64,000 bases of DNA from Zootoca vivipara (taxonomy: Eukaryota): positions 19,530,001 to 19,594,000 of the forward strand of contig NC_083278.1 in the NCBI RefSeq assembly GCF_963506605.1. The letters are read 5' to 3'. Below, in pieces: positions 22,553 through 35,693 of this stretch; the stretch's first letter is position 1; each line of letters opens with the position of its first letter. The notes beneath the pieces are model-generated. The model worked only from the letters and a program-made list of their open reading frames with translations. It was not told where the DNA came from and ran no database searches. Made by a program: the position numbers and the translations under genes.

Positions 22553-25500
22553 GTTTCAGATTGAGGAATGAGGTGCTCGTGGAGGGCCAGGGATGACCAG
22601 AATTGTGCATGGCATTCTAAGTGTGACTGCTCCACAAGTTACGCATTTCAAGTTTCATTCCTGGATTCAGAGAAAACTTTCTCTAAAGGAATGCTTGTAG
22701 ACCATGTAGCTCCCTATGCTTTTTTTCTTTTCTAAACACCCTTGGTGTATTTCATACCCCATTTCATGTGGTTAATGCTCTCATAAACATTCTTTAATTA
22801 ATGTTGTTTCTCTTGCCTCAGGTAGAAGTTTCTTGCCATTCGTTAGTGAAGCATTTTGTCAAGCTGGGTGTCCAAGGGAAATCTTCTGTTGCAAGCTTAA
22901 TGTGTACATTTTTTTTATTGAAGTGTTTTAGACTGTCCTTTGCCAAGGTTAGGATGCACGATGGTAATAACTGCATAAATTTAAAACTGCTCCTTTAAAT
23001 TTACATCTATGCTTCTAAATGCTAACAGGGATTTTTTTAAAAAAGAAGTATGAGTGTGGTGAAATAGTACTATGTGGGTGATAGGAAAGATTATTGTCTA
23101 AAAATATAAACTTGCAGCCAAGCCACTGAACACACAGGGATAACTTCCTTGTATTTTGGCAGAAAATCAATGTATAGCATCAAGACAGTATATTGACAAC
23201 TTGATTATAAAGGACACTGAATATGCTTAACCCTGAAGCACTACTGTGGGATAGAACAAGATATTTATTCAGCCTCAACAAGTCTAGAATCTATTAAATC
23301 TCCTCTTACTTGTTTCTAAGGTAGCTGATGATAGTAGTTTGTTGTGCTCCTTTTCCTAACCCCACCCCATAATATATAGGGCTCTTTAATTCCAGCCTGC
23401 ATAGACACTAACCCGTTCATAGCCAGCTGTTTAAAATAGCTGTTCAATTTGCCTCAAATGGCTGAATATTTTTGATGCTGATACTGAAAAATTGTATTAA
23501 AAAAAACTTACTGGCAACTTGCTTGGTTGTTGCTAGTCAATGGGGAACAACCCAAGTTCCCTTTCAGGATAGATGGTGTTAATCATTGTGGAATATACCA
23601 ATTATGTGGTAAGGGGAGGCTCATACGCCAACTAGAATCCATATACAGTAAGGACAAGAATCTCCAGGCTCTTTTTTTATATATGGTTTGGCATCCTTTT
23701 ATTATTTTCATGGTGTTTAGTACATTTTACGGACAACCAACAATACAAGCTTGGCAAATCTGCAAATATTATTAAATGTTTAAGCATTATTCTATTTGGA
23801 ACTGATCTCCATCATCCTCTCAAGAAGTATTCCTGTGTTTTGTTTCGTTTCTTCATGAAACCTACATGCCTATGGCAATGTTCTGTTCTTTTGTTGTTGT
23901 TGTTTTGCATGTGTATGTGTCTTGTTTCTGTTACTTTGACATGCTCTGAGCGCCATGTTTTTTCATTAGATGATATGTTCTGAAAAACCAGTAAGAATGC
24001 AGGGACAATACCTGCATCTGCTGCATTTCTGAAATTGAGGTAGTAATGCTGTATGTGTTTGTCTGGGAGTATGTTCCGCTGAACCCAGTTTGCGAGCTTC
24101 TTGGTGAGAAGTTGGCTGAAATTGCCTCTCTCTCTCTCTCTTTTACATAGCAAACATAAGTGTCAGATATTGGCCATCTAAAGTCATAGAGGACTGTAGA
24201 TAGGATGCAAGCATTTATATTGTTGGTGAACAGATTTGCTCTTGGCAGTGCAAATGTCATTTAAAAAAACAGAAGTCATATGAAATATCAATAGGGCAAT
24301 TTCTTTTCAGGGTTCTGTTTCCCCCACACACACCTCAATTGTTTTTATACCAGTTAGTTTGCTGGAAGAATAAATTATTGTGATGCAGTGTCAGGGTTGT
24401 ATGTGAGAAACACAGGTTAAAATACCGGCTTCACTAGAAAGTTAGCTGTTAACCAGATTACTTTGACCACCTCACTTTTGTCCAGATTGATTCTCAAAGG
24501 GACTGGAAACAGAGAAAGAGTGGGTAAGGCTGTGGCTGCTGATTTCTATCAGTCATTTATGAAAATTAAATGTGGCTTTTTTTTTTTACTTATGGCTATG
24601 GTTTGGAAATCGGTAAAAAAAATAAAAAAGGTAGGGGAAATGTCTGAGAAGAAGGAAGGTTCCAAAACGAGTCAATTAAGTAGAGGCCTTTCCTTGACTC
24701 CATTCAGGTTCGACTTTGCCTAATTGCCATGGCAGACACAGCTCCTCTGTCACTCCTTATCCTACCACACTCTTCAGGGAACCAATGCAGGTTTAGTAGT
24801 CTCAGGTGTGCCTCTTCAGAGACTTGGAAGACAGTTGACATCAAGCAGTTGTTCAAACCCTAGTCTGTTTGTAAATATCAAAGCTCTTAGCTCGTTCACT
24901 TCATGAGCAACAATTTTAATTTGGTGTCCTGGTGTATAGCAAGCCACTTGTGTTCCATGAGTATGTGGTTGTGATGAAAGCCATTCCTTTAAGGTTTCTG
25001 CCACTTCTTCCCCTTTTCCCGAACTGGGGCAGGCAGGAAGTCCAGAGTTTAAGCCAATTATCTACCTCAAAGAGGTAATGACCAGCTAGAAACCCACCTA
25101 CCTTCATCACTGCAAGCAAGGGCAACTTGCTTTACTCATATTTCCTCTTAAGCAAAAGTAGGAAGTGCAACTCTGAGTAGCTCCCTGAGTGGCAGAGAGG
25201 AAACTCTCTTGGGCTTGTGACAAATTCTTTTGAAGAGCAGGTTACCCTCCAAAATCTAATGGAGCATTCTTTATTTCTATGTGCCTGAGTTTAGGGAAGG
25301 GGGTTGGAACAGCTGACCTTCCAGTTATTAAGATTCTGTAGATATCTGTTGATTTTCAACCAGTTATCAGACACACTTCAGATTCTTCTCTCTCTGCACC
25401 TCAGTTCAAACAAAGGTAGTTTTATCAATAGCGGTACCAGCTCTCCCATCTTTTAAATCAATAAATACAGGAGCAAAGTGTTCAAAGCTTGGAAATTGCT

Positions 25501-27673
25501 TGAACGTGAGTCTTTGCACTATTTTGACCTTGCAAATAAAATATAGGTTAGCAGTAATCCCTCAAGAGAGTACCCATAAGTACCCATGCTATGGTTTTTC
25601 TCATTGCTGATATAAAAACATTGACACCAATAAGAACCAGTTGCACATACAATTAATAGGATCACAGTTAGGTTTATTGGGTTTAGATTTACTAATATAT
25701 ATTCCCACTAAAAAAAAGTCCCAAAGCGATTAACAGCATTTTTTTTAAAGAATACAGTGATCAAATCACACAAACCCTTTCAATATAGATTTAACAATGC
25801 AATATTTGCTTTAAAGTATTTATATACCACTTAATATTTCAGAAATCTCTGAGTGGCATGCCTGAGTCTAAAAAATTATATATAGTTAAAACAAAAACAC
25901 AACCTAAAAGCAGCAATATAAAAGCATATAAAAGTGAATAAAAGACAAATTCAAGATACCCAAACATGTAAAACAGGTCTAATTTGATGGTTCAGGGAGA
26001 CCCTGTACCATTTCCTGCTTGCCTTGCTCAATTTCCATTGCAACTTCTGAAACAGGGTTCTGTCCCCTCTTTCTCTTGCAGTAGTTTCTCATGACCACAG
26101 CCTGTACCTGTGTCTACTCCTTGGTGAGCCTTCTTCCTTGACTATATTAGATCCACTAAATGCCTTAAAATTTAGGATGTACATGCATCTTAATTTTATT
26201 TATGGTCTGAACTCTTTTGCTGTTTAAAAGTATGCAGAACGTTTTTGAACAATGGAGGTGTTCTGGTAAGGGTTATTATCTCCACATATCCTGTGTTTCA
26301 TAATCCCAAGGCAAATTCTCTTGTTAGCTTTTTCCAACAACAGCTTAGGAGCTAATGCCTAGGGGGCGAGGTCACTTTGCCACCCCCAATAAAACATTTG
26401 AGGGGGGCAGCCCCCCAGTTGATGGGCATTGCCATTCAGAATGTGCGTATACACCTCACTACTATGCGAGGTGGAGCTTACCTGGGGCCTCCAAATATTT
26501 TGTTCAAGTTGGCACCCATGGCAGGAGGTGAGCTGAGAAGCTGCTGTCTGTTTACACATGTAGGCAGTAAGTACTTGAGAAGTGCTTTCTCGTCACAAAT
26601 AGCATGGGACGGGGTGACATGAGAATGACATTGTGTGTATAGCAACCCAAAATGGTGCCATATCCAGCACTTGAATGCACATTTTCATGCCATGTATATA
26701 CCCCTGTAATGTGAAATGTGGCATGTTTGCCCTATTTCATACCCAAGATAACATAATGGGGAGCTGCAACTTGAAGTGCTTCCTATGTTACCTGATTAGA
26801 GCATCAGACGCCATCTTTGGCAGAGTAAACTTTGGTTTTCTGCCTCCCGTTGGTGATTGGTCACCTGTTCTTTCTATTCCATTATTAAAAACATTGATCT
26901 ATGAAAAGGGAAACCAGACTTGAAAAGGTCAGGACCTATTTAGGGGGGGAGGGGAGAAACCTTTGAGTTTTCCCGGTAAACTTCTAAAGCACTGAAAATG
27001 CCGCAATCCCTTACAGCTTGAGGATCAAATTTCACATAACAGCAATGGCTTCAAAAATGGAATCGTAATAATGCAATGTAGTGCGGAGATCACAAAAAGA
27101 TGCCTATGGATCTGGCGGTGCAACATTTAGTCTTTTTATGTTCACTAGTGCATCATTTGTCAGCATTAAACCACTAGTTCAGGGAGTCTTCAGACACTTA
27201 AGATGAATGATACTCCTTTAAAAAAATCAATATTCACTTTAATATGATGTACGGTAATACTATAATGTAGCATTTTGATGGTATGTTTTAGAACATAATG
27301 CCATGTCTGCTTTTGAGAATAATGAAGAAATCACTATTATATCGCTAAAACTTTGTGGGACATTTATATATTTACTTGCATTAGTGTGCAAGCCCTGTTC
27401 TTTACTCACTTGGAAGTCTAGCCTGATTGATCACCAACATTTCCATAACAGTGCAGGACAAATTTGATTTTAAATATTTATTTCGTTATCTTTTGTATGG
27501 CATTTGAACCTGCTTCCATGTGTGTATGTTTTGTTGTCTGTGTGACTTCTAGTGAGAAGGAAGTTGTGAGTTTCATATAGATGTATGAACACATTCACAC
27601 ACAATGCCAGATTTGTTTTGAGTTTAAGCACTACTTGTGTCAATCAATTCAGCAGTCTGGCTGTGGGCCTCTC

Positions 27674-27817
27674 NNNNNNNNNNNNNNNNNNNNNNNNNNN
27701 NNNNNNNNNNNNNNNNNNNNNNNNNNNNNNNNNNNNNNNNNNNNNNNNNNNNNNNNNNNNNNNNNNNNNNNNNNNNNNNNNNNNNNNNNNNNNNNNNNNN
27801 NNNNNNNNNNNNNNNNN
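27674..27817. other. Assembly gap (144 N)
   Basis: Run of N. Confidence 1.
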
Positions 27818-27953
27818 TGCCTCAAGCAGCAAAATGTCTTCAGCTGGCATGGGGTTAGATTTTTTTTTGCTCAGTTTTGAACTTCCTTTTTTATATCTGT
27901 AAAATGAGGAACATTGCCAAGCTAATGCTCATAAGAGTACTAAGGGAGTTGCG

Positions 27954-28693
27954 TGTTAAGACCTCCCCCAATAAATAAAGACACTATTGTCACGGAATTT
28001 AGTTTAAGGTTATTGGCATAATTTTGGCAACAACTTTATTGATTACTGATCATGAGTGGTTTGCTTAGGCATTGGTTCTCGACTAGCTGCACCTCACCTT
28101 AGCAGGGCAGCACTGACGCCTGGATTCCGGCAGATGTCAGTAAGGGAAAACATCCAGGGGGAGCATTGGACCAGGTTCAGACTCAAGCTCACCCCAAATG
28201 CTCCCAGGGGCTCTGGCGTGGCCCTAACCCCTGGAAGAGGATCGGACATAAGCAAGGCGAGCCACTGGATTCCTTTAATGGAATACCCTTTCGCACATTG
28301 GAGGGGCAGGTGTGACAACCTCTCCTCCTCTCCACATTGAACCAATGCCTAACCGCCAAACATTAGAAAGTTTTGATGATTTGCTACGCGGCAGGTGAAA
28401 CCCAAGTGGCACTAGCCAATCAGCCAAGTGGGAAAATTCCTACCGGGACCCTGTCCCAAGATGACCCAAGACGGCATAGCAAGGTCATGATGAACCCTAA
28501 ATATAGGGAGGGTGGGCAGGTGATCCGGTGCACGAGGCGAAAAAAGAGGAAGCTCAATGCAACGTGCAGTGGTACATATACAGTAGGTCCCTCGGTTAAT
28601 GCATGAAATGATCCCATTGGCCAGAAATACCCCAGCAACCGAGGGATCACCAATCGTGTTGTTGTGGCTATCCACTCGCTCCCACCCACAACA
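27954..28693 (-). mobile_element. Solo LTR with a long, highly structured R-like region
   Basis: TGTT...AACA termini; on the minus strand CCAAT (28620-28616), TATAT (28580-28576), AATAAA (28040-28035) and downstream GT/T-rich sequence. No clean TSD, PBS or PPT seen. Confidence 0.7.
28381..28482 (-). ncRNA. ENE-like RNA structure (U-rich internal loop between two helices)
   Basis: CGGUAGG-AAUUUU-CCCA...UGGG-UUUCA-CCUGCCG, above a three-way junction closed by UUGCUAUG/CGUAGCAA. Confidence 0.45.
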
Positions 28694-29714
28694 GCAGTGA
28701 GGTCAGTCTTTATCATCTCACCGCAGTGCGTGCTCTGTGGGAGGAGGACAAGATTCAATAAAATTGTGAAATATTTTTGCATGGTCAAACCTTCTTTAGA
28801 AATTATTACAATGGATAGTGTGAATTAGCTCCACCGTGCATGTATGTGGCCATGTTTAATAGTCTGTTGCGCTTTTATTTCATTTGTGTTGGGGTAGTAG
28901 TCTCTTCCCAGTATTTTATGAGGTTGAAGCAAAAATGCAGGCATTGTCTCTTCTGAAAAATGTGCCACCTTCAAGTATTAGTGGCATTCTAAGGTTTGTA
29001 ACTTATTCCACAAATACATAAGATGGTCACTCAAAAACAGTATTCAAAAAACTGAGGAAACTTCTTAATAGTGGGTTACACCTACCCAGGCATATTCCTT
29101 TTGGCATCTTCTGAGACATTTATGTGATCTACAATACTAGTGTGGCTTTTCCGCAAAGGCAAGTGATGTTTGATCTACAGTGACAACCATATACTGAGAA
29201 ATTTGTACTTGCTAATGTTTCAGGGAGTTATATTTTCAAGGTCTGCTATTTTAAACAACTCGTTGCTCTGTTGCCTAGATCTGCCACAGTCAGCATGGAA
29301 AAAGAGATATGAGAGCATTTAAAATGTGCTCCTTTCCTTATAGAAAGATCTTGAGAGCAAAATAGAATTGGATGCCAAGTACGCACAACTGTCAAGGAGG
29401 GCACATGAAAACTGTCTTTATATTGGGTCTATAAACACTCCCCGTTTAATTGGTTTATTCCAAATTTCACTCTCAGATATTTGAATACAGTGATCTAGGC
29501 TTAATAGATAGGGTTAATATAATCTAGATTTTTAAAAAACATATATATGGTGGAATTCAATGGTGCACTCTCCCAATCGTTCTATCTTCACAAGCACTGC
29601 AGCTTACCAGATGGAACGAGGTAGTTCCAACTTTTTTATAGGTCACGCAAACTTAATAAGGAGGCATTTCCTCACCTTGGCTTTGTGCATATGTAGAAGC
29701 GTGCATATGACTCA

Positions 29715-29860
29715 GCCAGAAGCGACTAAGTCATCCTGGCCACATGACCCAGAAGCTGTCTGTGGGCAAACGCCGGTTCCCTCGGCCTATAGAGCGAGAT
29801 GAGCATGCAACCCCAGAGTCGTCCGTAACTGCATCTAACGGACAGGGGTAACTTTACCTA
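29715..29860 (+). mobile_element. Sauria SINE 3' fragment
   Basis: CCAGAAGCGACTAAGTCATCCTGGCCACATGACCC...CCCCAGAGTCG...CTTTACCT. Confidence 0.8.
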
Positions 29861-30118
29861 GAAGTTGTGATTCCTGCTTTGGGTTCCTTCCAACTCCACA
29901 TTTCTATGATGCTATGATACCTGCTCCCCCCCATGTGCTCTTCTGTAGGATTCCCCCCCCCCCAAGGCCAATTTCAGGAGGCAAGGGCATATGGGGGAGG
30001 TCCCCATTATGCAAGCAGAGTTCTTGCACAGGGCTTCCGCTTTTAAAGCTGGTTAGATTAATCCTGCCCTTACATACCTGCCGACATTTCTCTGATGAAA
30101 ATAGGGACGTCCTATTCC

Positions 30119-30166
<48 letters not shown>
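30119..30166 (+). repeat. (AAT)n microsatellite, tail of the adjacent L2-type fragment
   Basis: Direct reading. Confidence 0.95.
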
Positions 30167-33100
30167 TTTATACCCCAAGCATCTGACTGGGTTGCTCCAG
30201 CCATTCTGGGTGGCTTACAACATATATAAAAACACAACAAGACATTAAACATTTAAAAAACCTTCCCTACACAGGGCTGCCTGGATAACTCCATACCCTC
30301 CAATGTTTATCCAATGAAAATAGGGACGTCCTAAGGAAAAGCAGAACATTCCGGGATCAAGTGGTTGAAATAAAATGAAAAGATTTATAATTTCTGACAT
30401 ATACACTCTCTATGTATATGCTAGCTTTGAAAGAGATGGATTAATTTGACTCTTCCTTGTGTTTTGAAGCTTCTCGTATCTACATAGAGAAACACTAGAC
30501 AGCAGCGTGGAAAAGAACTTAGCAGAGGCAGCTATACTTCATCAGAAGAACAGCCAAGAGCTTTAAAGGAAATTAAAATGAGCCATAACAATGGGAATTC
30601 ACACAAGAGCATAAAGGATCTTTTTGAGATAAATAAAACATGCCTTATAAGGCATTGAGGGGGGGGGGAGTCCGTAATAATGGGAACTGTATCTCAAGGG
30701 AAACAACTGGAAAAATAAAAATAAGACTTCAGACATCAGGCCAGAGCTTTGTGTCAGCATGCTTACCAAAACTACTACTTCAAACACAATCTCCCCATTC
30801 TTTTACTCTGTTCTCTTATCTCCATGCCATGAGAACGGCTTATATCTGCATGAAATGTATACCCAAGAGTAACTATAGCTGTGGGGTTTTTTTGGCTGTG
30901 CAGACATTTAGGAGGCCTGTGAACAGGTTGTGAAGTTCTGTTACTTAGAGCTTCCTAATGAGCCTTCTGTACAAGCTGACATTTCAAGTTTCTCCAAATA
31001 TCTACAGCAAAACAAATGCATACAGGTATGCTTGGCCAGCCATCGGTCCCGGGTCATGGAAACGTGCTTAAGACACTGATTGTATTGAAGTAGATCACCT
31101 GCCAACGCATAGGGCCTCATTGATAGGCAGCACCGACAGTTGAAATAAGGAATACTGCTTCTTTTCTTGCATTGCCAAGGAGATAGGAGGAGTGGGATTA
31201 GCATCCTGCCTCCTATCCCTGTCAAGAGACACATACTGGAGGAAAACTAGAATTGGACTCGTACTTGACAACCGTGGACACTTTCTTAAAGGCTGCCTCT
31301 TTGGTTTAGAGCAATAATTCTAAGGCTCAACTTTGGGGAGTTAAGAACCCTCCAACTACTCAACGATCCCTTGTGTTCTGATTAGTGGTGGAGAAAGGCC
31401 CGAGTACCTGCTAGATTTATTCAGTTTCCTTGCAAATGCCACTTTTTTGTTTTAAAATTCTACAGTACTTGACTTTCCTTTCGCCACCCAACTGATGATG
31501 ATACACAAGGTCTTGGTTTGTAAATACAGTGCTGAAGTCGCTGCTGCATTTCGCTTAGAGCTCAGGGACTTTTTCTATTGCACTATTGATTTTGTGAAAT
31601 TCATGTTGTTTAGTACCATATGAAACATCAACAATACAAGGTTCTTCTTTTAGTTTTTAGGTTTTTTTCTTTTCTTTTATGGCCCACATGCTCGTGGAAT
31701 ACAATGTTTTGCTAATTCCCCTTTATCCCACTTTGACTATCTCAGTGTACCAGAGAGGAAAGTTCTTTAGTTGTCTTCTGACATTCTGCATCTTTCTGTT
31801 TTATACTCCACGATTGTTGGCTCTTCTTGTGGATGCTACTCCTCCAGGCAGTTTTTGAGACTTAAAAAAACCGAAAAAAGATCAAAACTTTCCTTTAAAG
31901 GAACTTGTACAAACCTCTCTTTGATGCACCACAGATCTTGGATTAAAATCAATGCAACAGCAACAACAGAAGAAAACAATTATCAATATTGTGTACAGTC
32001 TCTAAATTTCTAAAACAAAGCTTTCTTTCAAGTCTTCCACTTGCTAAAAGCCAATGGGAGGGCTTTGACCCGATTCTCCAGAGAGTTTGCTTTAGAAAAT
32101 GTTTTTTTCTTTCATTCTTTCTTGTCAGGTTTTTATATCATGCCATCTTAGACAGACTCAGACTTTATATAAAAAAAAACCTAAAAATGAAGCTGAGGAC
32201 GCAAGGGGGGAGAAGGTTAATAAAAGAGATACTAGGGCCTAGTTTATGCAAGTAGAAGATTATAGAATAAGAGTTATTGAGCAATAATATTTCAGACTTG
32301 CAGTCTTTGTGGGTAGAGAAGGAGGTATCATAATATCCACCCTCGCACAGCCGCCCCCCCCCCCCAACACCTTGAAAATAAATAATTAGTTGGGTACAGG
32401 CTTATACCCTATCCATTCCCTGACGTTAGGGAATTGGGGGGGGGGGGTTGTCTTTAGATGAGTAGGCAAATATGCATTCCTGTCAAAACCACCACCATCA
32501 TTGGAGGCTGAAATAGTGCCATACAAAAACAATGTAACTGGCCCCTGTTTGTGCAGATCAGGCTACTGAGCCCCAAAGATGTAAACTACAGTTGACTCTC
32601 AATCTATTTCAATCTATCTATTTAAGCTACGTTCCAGGCATAGCACATAAAACCAAAATTGTGTACAGTATATTCAAAAAGACACTCTCCCTGCACCACC
32701 AGACCCTGTCCCAATGTGAGCGCAATAGCAGGCGGGATTGCCAATGCCCCCCCCCCCCCAGATGCCCGCTCTCTTTATTATTTTTTTAGGCAAGCATGTA
32801 AAGCTGAATTTTCACAAGATAAATGTGCATAAGTTGTGAGTCGCCTGTATAGCAAAGATGAATACTATGTAATAAAAGCATAGATAAATGCCCTGCAAAA
32901 GTGAGTTCAGGTTTGGCTGTAACTAAGCCAACCAAGGCTTAGGTCCAGCAGGAGAACCAGAGGAGAAACCAAGAGGTCACAGTCTTCTCACCAGGATCCC
33001 ACACATTTGCACTTGATCATGGTTTGGTTTAGCGTTACGTGTGAACTGGGCCATGGTCTCTCACATTCTACCAGCTCTTTTCCTCGCTGTAAACGGTTTG

Positions 33101-33176
33101 CCTGATGTGCTTCATCTTTACCCAATAGGCCAGAAACAATGAACTGATACAGACTTAAATCATGCTTACATTAGAC

Positions 33177-33312
33177 CAGGCATCCACAAACTTCGGCCCT
33201 CCAGATGTTTTGGGCTACAATTCCCATCATCCCTCACCACTGGTCCTATTAGCTAGGGATCATGGGAGTTGTAGGCCAAAACATCTGGAGGGCCGCAGTT
33301 TGGAGATGCCTG
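33177..33312. mobile_element. hAT (Buster/Charlie-type) MITE
   Basis: TIR CAGGCATC..CAAACT.CGGCCCTCCAGATGTTTTGG; 8-bp TSD CATTAGAC. Confidence 0.92.
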
Positions 33313-34644
33313 CATTAGACTCACTGATTCCTATGGTTCCACTGTCATCATGACTAAAGCTGGATCCAAACCAATAATTAAACAGCCGGGTGCACTGAAG
33401 TAACTTACCCCCTCACCTATTCCCTTTTCTCCTTCTCCATCCTCTCAAACCATTTCAGTTCGAACTTCGGAGACATGTTTGTTTATAAATTTATACCCCA
33501 CCTTTCTGCAAAAGTCCCATCAGGCAGCTCACACAAAATGGACGGTACAAAATTAAATAGCCTAAAAACAAAACACAGAGCAAAGCAAACTTAGCAAGCA
33601 AAATCAACATCAGTTAAACACAAACAAGCTGCAGTTTTAACAGCAGATCACTCAGCAGAGGGCTGAGAACAAAGAGCAGTCCTTCCCTTCCACTCACTCG
33701 TTTCTTTTGCCAGCCTTAATCGCCTCTTGCTCCGAAGATCATGCTACTCCAGAAATTCTTATTGTCAGATGCCTTGACAAATGGCTACGTAATACAATGT
33801 GTCAACAGGTGATGTGCCCAGCTCTGTCCTAACACAATAAACATCTTGGCAGACTTGAAGAGGTGGCCTTAATCCCATCTGTTAGTTTGTTTGGAGCTGA
33901 AACCTGTGTAATGGGAAATAACAAAATATAACCCCTTACAGCAAGTGCAAAACTTTGTGCTTCCAGTTCTGTGTATTTATGGCAGAATAAATGTATGGGG
34001 TGGACTGCACAGCTCAAGCTTACATCCTTTTTCTCTAGATGGAGTCTCTGTCATATATTACGTGACCTTAGAGACATTCCAACAAATTATGAGTGCATCT
34101 TTCTGTATGTTACCTGCTACATGTTTTATGGTTTGAGCTTGAGAATTTCCTTTGCCTTGACTGGTTTTGTAGAGTGCAAGCACACAAACCGATAGGGGAC
34201 ATAGAACTGAACAGGTGGACATGCTGCGAATATTTTTTTTGCCACCGTGCATCTCCTTTTCACAACACTTGGTGCCAGAACAGCAGTTGCAGTAGAATAA
34301 CTACAGCCATTGGAATTTCACTTGGCCAGTTTTCCAAGTCTCCCCACTACCAAGTTGGCTGGGCTTGTTATATTCAGTGACTGATTAGAGTATTCTTAAT
34401 ATTTTTGTTAAAAAAAATATTGGAAGCTGTTGCATGCAAAAAGTTAACCTTTCATCCATCAACCCCCAGCTGCCAAAACTTATCTCAGTACTCCCATTTC
34501 TCCCCTCCCAATTTGCAGCTGAAAAGCAGGACTGTTGTGTGCTTAGCTTTTCCACCGCATACTCATCACCAACATTATTTTCTGGCTCATAGTTGTAGTG
34601 TTATGAAAAGAAATGGCTGGGAACAGAGGAAGGGGAGGAAGCTT

Positions 34645-35030
34645 TTTAAAAATATTTTTATTAATTTTCCAATAAAAACAGCCAATTAACATATAACCAT
34701 AATCCAATTAAAAACAATAAACTAAAAAAACCCAAATTGCACTCTATTAATTCCCCCCCCCCCAGGCTTCCCATAGTCTGGACCTCTTGAAGTATATCTC
34801 CCATGTCTCGTCCCTGCCTCCTCCTTCTTGTTCTCATATTTTCCACATTCCGATCTTAGTGCTTTAAAGTTCTCCGTCCCTGGCTATCTGATTCTCAATC
34901 ATATCCAAAATTGTATATCCTTACATCCATCGAGTACAGCTTTATTTGTAAATAGGTATTTTTCTAACTATCTATTTACCAGCGCAGCTTTTCCTTACTT
35001 CATTCCAATCTTCTGATCTGCGCTGCTATC
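34645..35030 (-). mobile_element. L1/Tx1-like LINE 3' fragment
   Basis: Minus-strand AATAAAAA end, T-rich 3' UTR with a G tract, and degenerate W-rich coding-like sequence upstream. Confidence 0.4.
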
Positions 35031-35412
35031 CAAATCTTCGTTTAGAGTTCAATGACGCAGCAACTCCCAGGTTGTTAAGTTACTCGCATCTGGGAATCAA
35101 GCTTTTAGCAGCACCCCTTTTACCTTTTGCTTCTTCACTGGAAATCTAGGGAGAGCAGTGGCAGCACTGTTTTGCAGCAGTGGCTGGTACAACAGAAAAC
35201 ATGTCTTCCAAATGTGTACCTCTAATCGTTGTCACTGAAATTTCCAAGCTTTATACTTAACGTTTCTGATGCACCTTGCTGTACCCTATCCTCCTTGCCT
35301 TCTTTTGGCCAACCACAAAGATTGTTTAGTTAACTACTGCCAGATAGGAGTACAAAAGTGGTGTTGCAACGTTCTTGTAAAGACATTTGCAATTTAATGC
35401 ATTGCCCTAGAG

Positions 35413-35545
35413 CAGGGGTTGTCAACATGCTGCCTTGCAAACTTTGTTGGACTCCAACTCCCATCAGCCCTAGCTGGCATGGTCAGTGGTCAGGGATGAT
35501 GGGACTTGTCATCCAGCAGCATCTGGAAGCCCACAGCTCCCTAAG
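35413..35545. mobile_element. Older hAT MITE
   Basis: Starts CAGGGGTTGTCAAC; flanked by CCCTAGAG at 35405-35412 and 35546-35553. Confidence 0.75.
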
Positions 35546-35553
35546 CCCTAGAG

Positions 35554-35693
35554 CAGGCATCCCCAAACTCGGCCCTCCAAATGTTTTGGGACTACAACTC
35601 CCATCATCCCTAGCTGACAGGACCGGTGGTCAGGGATGATGGGAGGGAATTGTAGTCCCAAAACATCTGGAGGGCCGAGTTTGGGGGTGCCTG
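35554..35693. mobile_element. Young hAT MITE in tandem with the older copy
   Basis: TIR CAGGCATCCCCAAACTCGGCCCTCCA; TSD CCCTAGAG at 35546-35553 and 35694-35701. Confidence 0.92.

Noticed and set aside
27581-27902. ORFs containing X runs
   Set aside because: They span the assembly gap
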